Shown: positions 41,056 to 49,850, numbered from the stretch's first letter. The stretch: 64,000 nt of DNA from a virus (IMGVR_UViG_3300009873_000081:39995-103994); one strand, 5' to 3'. Notes: generated from the letters alone by a model not told the origin. Program-made: numbers and translations.

Positions 41056-41358
41056 ATGAACGATCTTATTCTTGCAAACCAGCCTGAGACCATTGTACAG
41101 GCTGTCGATCCTACCCAAGCTCGAAACGTGCTACACTTGACGCTTACTCCTGAATTGGGTGGTGATAGAACGTTTAACTTTGCAGACTTGGACTTGGATC
41201 GAGGTATTGAATCTACTCAAGAGCAAGTTTTCAATGCGCTCGACCGAGCTTTATCAGATGATGGCATTCGATTACCGCGAGGCAGCTATGTTGTTCAGCC
41301 TAATGCTACCTCTAACAGTCTGTCGGTTTTTCCAAAATCTGGATTTGGTAACATCTAA
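41056..41358 (+). CDS. Ubiquitin-like (beta-grasp) protein candidate
   Basis: 100 aa with a beta-beta-alpha-beta-beta pattern, ending VFPKSGFG-NI; shares an operon with E1 and JAB genes. Confidence 0.55.
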   Translation: MNDLILANQPETIVQAVDPTQARNVLHLTLTPELGGDRTFNFADLDLDRGIESTQEQVFNALDRALSDDGIRLPRGSYVVQPNATSNSLSVFPKSGFGNI

Positions 41359-41389
41359 CTTTTTCACAAACTTGAGTTAAGGAGAACTT

Positions 41390-42916
41390 GTGGATAATCT
41401 CAACACACTGCCTGAGCAAACCGATCAGCAACGTCTTGTCGCTTACAAGGCGATCATAGCCGCCTGCACACATACTTTCAGTAAAAACAAGCTGCAAGTA
41501 GACAAGATGAAAGACGCGCTCAGGGCTTTTTATCCGCTGGCTAAGACCGATCCGCTCTTTGCTTGCAAGTTAGCAGCTTGGAGCGCTTCGGACAAGAATG
41601 AGTCACGTGATCTGAAGCTGATTAGTATTTACACGAATAGCCTGTCAGACGCCGATGGAAGTTTATTCACTATTGGCGGTACGATCCGTAAGCCCAACTT
41701 ACGGCAGGTCTCGGCAGCGCTCTTATCGAGCTTGAATCCCAAAGAACTCTTTCGCTTGGCTTATCTTCGTAAGCTCAAGTGGTCGCCCAACGGCCAGATC
41801 GAAGCGCAGCATTTTCCCAACAGCTTGCGGACAGCGATCCGGCAATATTTGGAGTCGTTGCCTGCCTCGGCACTTAAAGCTCATGTTAAAGCCGGCTTCT
41901 CGCGGCATTTGATCTCGACGTTTCGATTGGTTCATGCACAGCCTACAGCACAACAAGCTATAATCTTGCGCTGGCAACAGCAGGAAAAACGCGGTCTGAA
42001 TGTCGAAGTTGCAGCAGCAGAGAATCCGTTTAAAGGCTTGTCCGACAAGAAGATTGCCCAAAAGATCGTAAACGAAAAATTCAAGTTTCGCCAGGCGCTG
42101 TCGCTGCTCGAAAAAGAGCCAAACTTAACTGTCTTGGAAGCTTTGCTTGAAGTTGGCAGTCCGAACGAGCTTTTGGTACAAACCAGCCTGTTCGACAAGG
42201 GCGGCCTTCTGGCTGTACCTGAGCTTGCTGAGAAGTTCTATGCCAAGCTTGCTCAAGCTAAAAGCGCTGACCGTCTCGATACGATCAAATTTGAGACGAC
42301 CGAGGGGGTGAAAGAAAGACTGGCTGAGTCTCGTGCCAAGAGTCGGCAGGCTCAGTTCGGGCAGTTGGATGGTGAGCTTTGGATGGATGTTGACAAATCA
42401 GGCTCGATGAAAATTGCTATTGATCAGGCCAAAGAAAGTGCCGCTACGGTTTGCGAAATTGTCGGCGCTGAAAACTTCTTTTGGGGCTTGATCGGCTCAG
42501 GCGGTACAGTACTGACTGATAAGCCGACAACCAAAGAAAAGGCCATGTCAATTCTCTACTTGCACCAGGCCAACGATAGTAATACCGACTGCTTCGCCAA
42601 TCTGCGTGGTGCGATGCAAAAACGGAATATCAAATACTGGATGATCCTGACTGACGGTGGACATAATCTCGGCTCAACCGACTTGTCAAAGATGAAAAAA
42701 CCGGATGCGGCCATTATTGTCAAGCTTGGCAATTACACGCATGACCTGGAAGGCCACTTGCAGAAAAATAAAATTCCGTTTGCGGCGCATGATCCGAGCA
42801 TTTTGAAATCCAGCAATCTGGTTGTGCAAAGCCTCAAAGCGATTTTGAAGGGCGAGACGGCGATCATCGAAGAAATAATGTCAACAAATTTGGCGCGTTA
42901 CGGAGTCAATCTGTGA
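41390..42916 (+). CDS. Ro60/Rsr-like TROVE plus vWA protein
   Basis: Helical N-terminal region with DPLFACKLAAW...RD; MIDAS DKSGSM and ILTDG; adjacent Y-RNA-like array. Confidence 0.7.
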   Translation: MDNLNTLPEQTDQQRLVAYKAIIAACTHTFSKNKLQVDKMKDALRAFYPLAKTDPLFACKLAAWSASDKNESRDLKLISIYTNSLSDADGSLFTIGGTIRKPNLRQVSAALLSSLNPKELFRLAYLRKLKWSPNGQIEAQHFPNSLRTAIRQYLESLPASALKAHVKAGFSRHLISTFRLVHAQPTAQQAIILRWQQQEKRGLNVEVAAAENPFKGLSDKKIAQKIVNEKFKFRQALSLLEKEPNLTVLEALLEVGSPNELLVQTSLFDKGGLLAVPELAEKFYAKLAQAKSADRLDTIKFETTEGVKERLAESRAKSRQAQFGQLDGELWMDVDKSGSMKIAIDQAKESAATVCEIVGAENFFWGLIGSGGTVLTDKPTTKEKAMSILYLHQANDSNTDCFANLRGAMQKRNIKYWMILTDGGHNLGSTDLSKMKKPDAAIIVKLGNYTHDLEGHLQKNKIPFAAHDPSILKSSNLVVQSLKAILKGETAIIEEIMSTNLARYGVNL

Positions 42917-43674
42917 GCCACAGTAGAATTAAGCTTTGTCCTGTTGTAGCTGGACGAGCCTACAGCGACGAGTCAGTATTTTCTCTGAGTAAACCAGACG
43001 GCTGGCACGAAGTAGATGTGTTGAATCGAGAGTATATTCGTGCCAGCCGAATGCAGGACTTGTTGACTTACAAAGCGCCGGTCAAAGCTTACTTCTTACG
43101 TGGTCAACTGGTGCCAAAAAGCTTCGATGTTACCAAGCGTTTTGAAGTTTCGCTGAAAGAATATCTGCTTGGCAAAGACCAAACGTTTCAGGACTTCGAT
43201 GTTTTGGCTTTTTGTAAAATTCGCAACAAAGTGTTTTTAGTAAGAAAAGAAGCTTCTGACGGCGCTTTGTTCTTGCCCAAGATGAAACTGGTCAACGGCG
43301 AGAAGTTGGAAAGCGCCAAAGGGCTATCACCTGAACAAGTTTACCTTCTCGGCTGCTATGCGATGATCTTGGCCGAGCAGAAAGCCAAGTTGGAAGCTGA
43401 GAACTTGCCGAATCGAATAAAACGTGTGTTTAGCTTAACTGGTGCGAAGCTGGTTGAGTTTAAAACAGCAGCTAAAGGCTTGATCGAAATTTCGTGGCAA
43501 TATTTACAACACACATTTCTTTCAACAGTTTACGAAAAGGATTTGCGCGTTCTATCATCTGGTTTTTGTTTAGCAGGAAGTGATAGCAAACAGACTCTTG
43601 CGTCTTTGCCTTGTATAGCTAAAGAGGCTATCGAAGACGATAAGTTATATATAACTCGTCATGTAAATAGTTAG
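42913..43674 (+). CDS. E2-like conjugating enzyme candidate
   Basis: C-terminal alpha/beta domain with SSGFCLAGSD...TLASLP; sits between Ubl/Ro and JAB/E1 genes. Confidence 0.45.
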   Translation: MSHSRIKLCPVVAGRAYSDESVFSLSKPDGWHEVDVLNREYIRASRMQDLLTYKAPVKAYFLRGQLVPKSFDVTKRFEVSLKEYLLGKDQTFQDFDVLAFCKIRNKVFLVRKEASDGALFLPKMKLVNGEKLESAKGLSPEQVYLLGCYAMILAEQKAKLEAENLPNRIKRVFSLTGAKLVEFKTAAKGLIEISWQYLQHTFLSTVYEKDLRVLSSGFCLAGSDSKQTLASLPCIAKEAIEDDKLYITRHVNS

Positions 43675-43682
43675 ATAAGAAA

Positions 43683-44582
43683 ATGAAAGAAGAATGGGCA
43701 TTTATAAGAGGTTTTAAAAATAAGTACGATGTTTCTACTTTCGGTCGAGTTCGATCTATTGGGCGTATAATAACGTCTGGAAGAAGCTACAAGAATTTTA
43801 GAGCAACAAAGACATTTATAATGAAGTTGAAACTGAGAAATGACGGTTATTTGTCAGTTTCTTTATGTCGAAATGGCAGCCGTAAAAGTTATGCTGTGCA
43901 TCGTTTAGTTGCTAAAGCTTTTATTCCTAATCCGTCAAACAAATCACAAGTTAATCATAAGGATGGAGTAAGATCAAATTGTCGAGTAAATAATCTGGAA
44001 TGGTCTACTGTTTCGGAAAATCATAAACATTCCTTTGCCAAGCTAAATAGAAAGAAGCCTCAAGTTTGGCTTGGAAAAAAGGGTTTTGATAATTTTAATA
44101 GCAAAGCTGTTTTACAATTTACACTGGACAATAAGTTCGTAGCATTGCATGGTAGTGCTATGCTTGCAGCAAGTGCAGTCGGTTGTTCTTCTCATTCGCG
44201 TATTGCAAAAGTATGTCGAGACCAAAACGGAACGACATCAAGGAATCACAGATGGATATACGAGTCTGACTATTTGCAAGGTTTCGGAATAGAAGCAGAG
44301 TCGAAAAAGAAGAAGAATAAACGGTCTATTCATTATACAGGCTTTATTGCAGAACCTTTTAATAGCTTGTTTTGCTCTAAAATTTCAGCAAAGATTATAA
44401 AAAGAGGCAATCATTCTTATGCCGTGAATGAAGTTGATTGTAAGCTTTGTTTATCAAAATTAGGATCGGACAATCGCCAAACCTTAGCCAGCCTGCCAAA
44501 TGTAGTCAAGCAGGCGGTAGACGGACATAAGCTGGTTATAACTCGTCATGTTGGCGATGATAACGGAGACGATGGCGAATGA
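43683..44582 (+). CDS. NUMOD4-HNH homing endonuclease fused to a duplicated C-terminus of the upstream gene
   Basis: WAFI.GF...YDVSTFGRVRS, VHRLVAKAFIPNP...VNHKDG..N..NNLEW...EN; ends GSDNRQTLASLP...LVITRH. Confidence 0.9.
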   Translation: MKEEWAFIRGFKNKYDVSTFGRVRSIGRIITSGRSYKNFRATKTFIMKLKLRNDGYLSVSLCRNGSRKSYAVHRLVAKAFIPNPSNKSQVNHKDGVRSNCRVNNLEWSTVSENHKHSFAKLNRKKPQVWLGKKGFDNFNSKAVLQFTLDNKFVALHGSAMLAASAVGCSSHSRIAKVCRDQNGTTSRNHRWIYESDYLQGFGIEAESKKKKNKRSIHYTGFIAEPFNSLFCSKISAKIIKRGNHSYAVNEVDCKLCLSKLGSDNRQTLASLPNVVKQAVDGHKLVITRHVGDDNGDDGE

Positions 44583-44983
44583 AAGAAGTATTCCTGCTTA
44601 AATCAGCAAGAGAAGTTGTTTTTATCGACGGTACTGCAAGCTCTGTTTTAAAAAACGGAGATTTTTTTAGAATCCGAGATTTTATAAAAGAAGCTGATCG
44701 CCGGTACGGGAAAAAAGCGTACACTTTAATGTTGCATTCTCATCCCAATGGTTTTGAAAACCTGTCACAAGCCGATGTTGATACGATGATTGGCCTAAGA
44801 TTGGGACTGGACAGAAATTTCATTTGTGGTATTGTAACCGAACGGATTGTAAAATTGTTTCGAGTGAAGCTGTGGAATAAGCAAGTTTATATTCAGAATT
44901 TGGATTGGTTGGATAGAGTGGTGACTAAATTATTGCTGAGAAATCTAATCAACGAATTGAGAGACAAGTCTAACTACTTATGA
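44579..44983 (+). CDS. JAB/MPN metallopeptidase (deubiquitinase-like)
   Basis: N-terminal Glu and HSHP...LSQAD JAMM motif. Confidence 0.85.
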   Translation: MKEVFLLKSAREVVFIDGTASSVLKNGDFFRIRDFIKEADRRYGKKAYTLMLHSHPNGFENLSQADVDTMIGLRLGLDRNFICGIVTERIVKLFRVKLWNKQVYIQNLDWLDRVVTKLLLRNLINELRDKSNYL

Positions 44984-45573
44984 ACAAAACCGTAACAATT
45001 TTTGGTCTGGGTGCGATTGGCTCCAATCTTGGCTATAACTTATTCCAGGCAGAGCCACGTCTTATCATAAACGGTATTGATAAAGATATTGTCGAGCAAC
45101 GCAACCTCGGCAACCAAATCTATTCGCAGCCGTTTGTTGGCCAAAGCAAAGTCGATGCCTTTGTGGCCGAGCTTTACATGCGAACGCAGAGTATGCCGAA
45201 AGGCAAGTTTATCAAGGCCGAATTGGGCAAGGACAGATTGAGTTTAGACGGACTGTTCGTAGATGCTTTTGACAATTTCAAATCGAGAGATATTTTGCAT
45301 CAAATTGCAAAATCTCGCAATGTCGAGTCTGAAATCGTTCATCTTGGCTTTGGAGTTATCGACAAATCTTTGTTCGGCACAATCCAGTGGAATGGCAGTT
45401 TTCAAACAGGACAAACCGACGCTCCAGGGCAAGACGTATGCCAAATCCCCGATGCAACGTGGTGGATCAAGGGAGCCGTTGCGATCATGACGCTAAACGT
45501 GCTGAATTTCTTGCGCAAGGGCGAGGTAAAGAATCTGGTTATCAAACCCGATCTTTCCACCAAAAATTTATAA
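44980..45573 (+). CDS. ThiF/E1-like adenylyltransferase
   Basis: GLGAIGS, IDKDIVEQRNLGNQ, GQSKV, VDAFDN...R, Cys in QDVC. Confidence 0.9.
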   Translation: MNKTVTIFGLGAIGSNLGYNLFQAEPRLIINGIDKDIVEQRNLGNQIYSQPFVGQSKVDAFVAELYMRTQSMPKGKFIKAELGKDRLSLDGLFVDAFDNFKSRDILHQIAKSRNVESEIVHLGFGVIDKSLFGTIQWNGSFQTGQTDAPGQDVCQIPDATWWIKGAVAIMTLNVLNFLRKGEVKNLVIKPDLSTKNL

Positions 45574-45581
45574 GAAAAAGC

Positions 45582-45610
45582 TTGATTTTTAATTGTTCTT
45601 TGCTTATATT
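45582..45610 (+). promoter_or_regulatory. Promoter for the ncRNA array
   Basis: TTGATT-17-TATATT. Confidence 0.75.
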
Positions 45611-45650
45611 AGATCAGCGATAGTAATTGTTCTTTGATGATGAAAAAAGC

Positions 45651-45780
45651 GCCAGCCACGCTGATGAAGTTTGTCTACATGGATCGCCCAATTGGTAGGG
45701 CATATCACTGTTAATGATAATGTTGCGGGTTCAAGTCCCGTTCCAAATGCAGTTTGACAATATTCGCTTGTGTGGCTGGT
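45651..45780 (+). ncRNA. Y-RNA-like unit 1, containing tRNA-Asn(GUU)-like D, anticodon and T arms
   Basis: CCAGCCAC-GCTGA...CTTGT-GTGGCTGG closing stem; GCCC/GGGC D arm, TATCA-CTGTTAA-TGATA, GCGGG-TTCAAGT-CCCGT. Confidence 0.75.
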
Positions 45781-45794
45781 TTTAGATTTGAAAA

Positions 45795-45928
45795 GCCTTT
45801 TGCGCTGATGTCAAGTTTTTACACGGACTCGAAATCCGAAGCTCTCTCCCCAAAACTGTCTCAAATGATCGGGATGGTTCTGGGGAGAGCAACAAGCAGT
45901 ACAAAAACTTTACGCTTGTGCAAAAGGC
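45795..45928 (+). ncRNA. Y-RNA-like unit 2
   Basis: GCCTTTTGC-GCTGA...CTTGT-GCAAAAGGC; CGGA-CTCGAAA-TCCG anticodon-like hairpin; long CTCCCCA/TGGGGAG hairpin. Confidence 0.7.
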
Positions 45929-45941
45929 CATCTCGAAAAAA

Positions 45942-46086
45942 AGTCCTTTCACGCTGATGCAAGTAGCCTACATGGTGCTTGGGTTCGAGTCCCAACGGAA
46001 GCTTCGGCTTTTGTAGCTCAGTTGGCAGAGCAAGTGTTTTCGGAACACTGTTAAAGTGAAAGCTATTAGCCCTTGTGTGCAGGACT
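45942..46086 (+). ncRNA. Y-RNA-like unit 3 with a circularly permuted tRNA module (YrlA-like)
   Basis: Order is T arm (TTGGG-TTCGAGT-CCCAA), acceptor-like stem capped by TTCG, then D arm (TAGCTCAGTTGGCAGAGC). Confidence 0.8.
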
Positions 46087-46095
46087 CCCCGATAT

Positions 46096-46256
46096 AAGCA
46101 GTATACGCTGATACTTCAGTTTCTACACGGATAAGTCGCCGGCCTAATAAGCCGGTTATCTTCGTTCAAATCGAAGGTTTCCCGCAAAAAGAATAGATTA
46201 AAAAACGGGAAACTTGACTAATGCAGTTTGAAACTATGTGCTTGTGTATGCTGCTT
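46096..46256 (+). ncRNA. Y-RNA-like unit 4
   Basis: AAGCAGTATAC-GCTGA...CTTGT-GTATGCTGCTT; CCGGC-CTAATAA-GCCGG; T arm CTTCG-TTCAAAT-CGAAG. Confidence 0.72.
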
Positions 46257-46278
46257 TTTATTTTTAGGAGATTTTAAT

Positions 46279-46707
46279 TTGCTAATAAAGCATGGTCATC
46301 GTGCAATTTATAAAAATTGCGATGTTTGTGGTGTTCTATTTTTAGCCAGAGCAGACAGTCTAAGTAGACGAGGAGAGCGATTTTGTTCAAGAAAATGCGG
46401 TTGTAAGATTGGTGTTGCGTTGTTGTCTAAGTTAGACCGAGCAAAAGAAAAGAATGGTAATTGGAAAGGCGGTTTAAGCAAAAACCATTATCACTATAAA
46501 AAATTGCAAGTAAAACGCTATCCTGAAAAAGTAAATGCACGTGAGAGTGTTCACAGGGCAGTAAGATCGGGAAGACTAATAAAGCAACCTTGCAAAGTTT
46601 GTGGTGAGTCAAAAGTCTTTGCACATCATGTCGATTATTCCAAGCCTCTTGAAGTCGAATGGTTGTGTAGAAAACACCACCGAGAAGTTCACAATAATAG
46701 GCACTAA
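46279..46707 (+). CDS. Zinc-finger/HNH-like endonuclease
   Basis: CDVCG...FCSRKC, NGNWKGG, CKVCG...AHHVDYSKPLEVEWLC..HH; start moved to the TTG after AGGAG. Confidence 0.75.
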   Translation: MLIKHGHRAIYKNCDVCGVLFLARADSLSRRGERFCSRKCGCKIGVALLSKLDRAKEKNGNWKGGLSKNHYHYKKLQVKRYPEKVNARESVHRAVRSGRLIKQPCKVCGESKVFAHHVDYSKPLEVEWLCRKHHREVHNNRH

Positions 46708-46708
46708 A

Positions 46709-47290
46709 ATGCAAAAGGTAGGATTTAACAAAATCGACTTGCTTAAGTTTGGCAACGAAATTCAAACAGTCGGTTCGATCCTGTCTGACTCGAAGAATAT
46801 CTATCTGCTCGAATACCCTGCTGCCAGCTTTGACGGCAAAGAAGTTAAGCAGATCGTACTCTCTGAAACCGAATGGCAAACGCTGCTGAATCAACTCGAC
46901 TCCTGCCAGACCGAAGTGAGTTGGGATGGCAAGAAAGCGCTTTTTCGTAAATGCCAGCGCGTGATCGACAATTTCGTTTGCTGGAAAGTTTACAAGCGCG
47001 ACAACTACACCTGCCGTTACTGTGGACGCGACGCTGTGCCGCTGACGGTCGATCACGTTATTCTGTGGGAAGAGGGTGGCCAGTCGGTGGAAGAAAATCT
47101 TATCACCTGCTGCAAGCCCTGCAACCGTGAACGCGGCAAGATGCAGTACGATGAATGGCTAATTTCGCCTTTCTACGAAAAGTCCATGCGTAGTCTTTCG
47201 GCAGATGTTCAAGAACAGAACTTACAAGTCGTCAGCAGATTGGATTATCTCCGCACTTTGAAGGGGCCAGTGCGGAGCAAAAGAAAATGA
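46709..47290 (+). CDS. HNH endonuclease (McrA-like)
   Basis: RDNYTCRYCG...TVDHV...GG...NLITCCKPCN. Confidence 0.85.
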   Translation: MQKVGFNKIDLLKFGNEIQTVGSILSDSKNIYLLEYPAASFDGKEVKQIVLSETEWQTLLNQLDSCQTEVSWDGKKALFRKCQRVIDNFVCWKVYKRDNYTCRYCGRDAVPLTVDHVILWEEGGQSVEENLITCCKPCNRERGKMQYDEWLISPFYEKSMRSLSADVQEQNLQVVSRLDYLRTLKGPVRSKRK

Positions 47291-47341
47291 CATTTTGTAA
47301 ATAAGGCTTGACTTTGTCGATTTTATTACGTATATTGTGTA

Positions 47342-47447
47342 GGCAGGCTCTTTGTCCAATGGCGTCCGGTGTAGGATTGCTGCTTTGCATAAACCGGTTT
47401 CAATCCGGAGAATGAAGCGAGCTTACTTGACCGGATAAGAGCCTGCT
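47342..47447 (+). ncRNA. Stand-alone stem-closed small RNA
   Basis: Promoter TTGACT(47308)-17-TATATT; GCAGGCTCTT/AAGAGCCTGC terminal stem. Confidence 0.55.
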
Positions 47448-47476
47448 GAATTTATATCGAGCGATCAGCAAGATAA

Positions 47477-48594
47477 ATGGTGATTCAGACGAAGATTGAG
47501 ATGCTTGAGATTTGCTTCAAGCACAGGTTCGGCAGGCTGCCCGAAGTTCTGTTTGCGCCGGAACCGAAGCGAGAAAGCAAATACGAGCCTAAAGACGCTT
47601 ACAAGCCCAAGTTTCTAAAGTCTGATCGTCTCTCGGTACAGGGCTACGGCTGGCAACTGTTCTGGGATGTGCCTGAGCCAATAATGCTCGACCTGCTGGC
47701 AAAAGAAAAAGCCGAAGCCCGATTTAAGGAAGCGCTTGAGGAGATAAGAAAACAATGCAAGTCAAATACCAAATCATCAAAACCGAGATTCAGAGCAAGA
47801 CCAGGCTTTGGATCATTAAAAACCAACGGTACAGAACATCAACTCGAAAGAATAGTAAAAGCTTGGGAAGCAACAGACCAAGAGCCTTACAGCCAGTTTG
47901 ACCGCGGCGAATACACTGAGATCGAGTACGAGAAGATCGGCGGCATGACACCGCGGCATGACACCGAAGGGCGTGTTCTTGGATAACAAATTTGCGCCGT
48001 TCTCGCAAATGAAACTCGATGTAGACAACAGAATTTATATCAAAAACTGGCTCTATGAAAAGGAGTTTTCTTAGATGTCTCGCTCAATCAATCAAAAGCC
48101 TTCCGGCTACAACACGCCAAAGCTGATCTTGAAAGCTTCTACTAAACGCCGCAATCGGCAGTATACTCGCGCTTATTTGCACAGCGTCAAAACTGGTGTA
48201 GTGCCTAAAAAATAAATTCCAGCGTACAAACGCTGTGACGATCTGTGGAATTACGACTAAGATGAAAAGCATAATGAACTTGGCTTTTGCTGAAATGGTT
48301 GTAAAGAAACTCAAAGCACAAGGCATAGAAGCTCATATTTATAATGTTGCTCAAACCGGCTCGATCTATATTCGTTTTGCCAGAAAAGAATTTTGCTCTC
48401 TAAGGATAGGTGATCATGATGGAAGAGAAAAGTACAAGTATAAATTTAACCTGCGGAGTGACATCGAAAACTTTTACGAAGAGATCGACAAAAATATCAG
48501 ACGGTACTATTATCCGTTTAGTGACGTTGACGAGCTAGTGCAGTCGATCAGACGCTTTCAAGAAAGCCGAAAAGACTATCATTATGAAAGTTGA
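47477..48594 (+). other. Hypothetical CDSs (47477-47986, about 48262-48594)
   Basis: Co-oriented ORFs. Confidence 0.5.
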
Positions 48595-49177
48595 AATTAA
48601 AAGTAAAAACCGTGTTTACGATGGCTTCTTCAAAATAGATGAAGTTGCAGTTGAACACGAGCGTTTCGACGGCTCCAAGCAAACAATTAAAAGACTGTGT
48701 TTCGAGCGCGGCGATGCGGTTGCTGCTGTAGTGCTTGATCCTAAAACCAACGAGCTTTTGTTTACCGAGCAATTTCGCTATCCGGCTTATTCTCGCAGTG
48801 GTGAATCAACAATAGTTGAGCTTGTAGCTGGAATGGTCAAGCCGGAAGAAGAATCCAGCAAGACGCTGGAGCGAGAGATTGTCGAGGAACTCGGCTATGA
48901 GATTGATAATTCAACTTATCTTGGCACGTACTTTCTTTCTCCTGGTGGCTCGTCTGAACGTGTTTTCTTGTATTTTGTTAAGCTTGGCGATAAGATTGGC
49001 AACGGTGGTGGTTTATTGGAAGAAAACGAAGATATAAGAATCATTCGTATCCCGGTAGACGAGCTTGTGCAGGAAAGCAAGTGGAGCTTAGGTTTGACTC
49101 CGTCTATTGCTAAGTACAATTTTGACGATGCCAAGACTCAACTTGGTTTGATGCTATCACAAAAGCTTTGGTCATGA
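48584..49177 (+). CDS. Nudix hydrolase, ADP-ribose pyrophosphatase-like
   Basis: ERGDAVA, EQFRYP, ELVAG...REIVEELG, SPGGSSE, GGGL..ENEDI, DAKT. Confidence 0.9.
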   Translation: MKVEIKSKNRVYDGFFKIDEVAVEHERFDGSKQTIKRLCFERGDAVAAVVLDPKTNELLFTEQFRYPAYSRSGESTIVELVAGMVKPEEESSKTLEREIVEELGYEIDNSTYLGTYFLSPGGSSERVFLYFVKLGDKIGNGGGLLEENEDIRIIRIPVDELVQESKWSLGLTPSIAKYNFDDAKTQLGLMLSQKLWS

Positions 49178-49270
49178 GCTTATCGAATGGGCTTGGAGTT
49201 TCAATAGGTATTACATCAAATGGTCTTTATGACATGAACAAAACAGTTTCAAGGGGTTTGGACAAAACGG

Positions 49271-49735
49271 TTGGTTTTTAATCTTATGATCGAACTAAAA
49301 GCAAACATCTGGGACAAACAGTTCGACGGCTGCTGGCGTGTGATTCCTATCAATTGCCAAGTAAATTCAAAAGGCGAATTGATTATGGGAGCAGGACTGG
49401 CCAGAGAAGCAAAAAATCGTTATTCCACACTGCCTGAGTATTGGGGCAGACAATACAAAGATGGCTACACCGGACTCGATCCTTATAGTCCAAATGATGC
49501 AATAAAATTGCTGGCATTCCCAACAAAAGACCACTGGAAGGACGATTCGGACATTCGGCTTATAGCCATAAATTTGAAATCGCTTTATGGACTTTATCAG
49601 GCTGGCTATCTTGAGAAAATTGTTTGTCCTCGTCTCGGTTGTGGTCTTGGAAAGCTTGATTGGGACACGCAGGTTAAACCGTTGGTTGAGAAATATTTCG
49701 GTGATGATCCCAACTTTATTGTGGTGAATTTATAA
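49271..49735 (+). CDS. Macrodomain (ADP-ribose processing) protein
   Basis: INC...MGAGLA, FPTKDHW, PRLGCGLGKLDW. Confidence 0.88.
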   Translation: MVFNLMIELKANIWDKQFDGCWRVIPINCQVNSKGELIMGAGLAREAKNRYSTLPEYWGRQYKDGYTGLDPYSPNDAIKLLAFPTKDHWKDDSDIRLIAINLKSLYGLYQAGYLEKIVCPRLGCGLGKLDWDTQVKPLVEKYFGDDPNFIVVNL

Positions 49736-49850
49736 TATGAAGAAGATTAAGCTGTCTGGAATCGTACAGAGAAAGTTGTGCCAAACCAAAGCAAAAATAG
49801 AAAATTTCTCTCTTGAATCTCATCAAGAGTTTTGCTAAATTGACTCTGTA

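Noticed and set aside
45681-45745. Functional tRNA-Asn(GUU) gene
   Set aside because: D, anticodon and T arms are present, but there is no 7-bp acceptor stem or CCA end, and it is nested inside a Y-like unit.
45651-46256. CRISPR array
   Set aside because: The shared motifs are short, discontinuous and paired end to end. There are no identical direct repeats and no cas genes.
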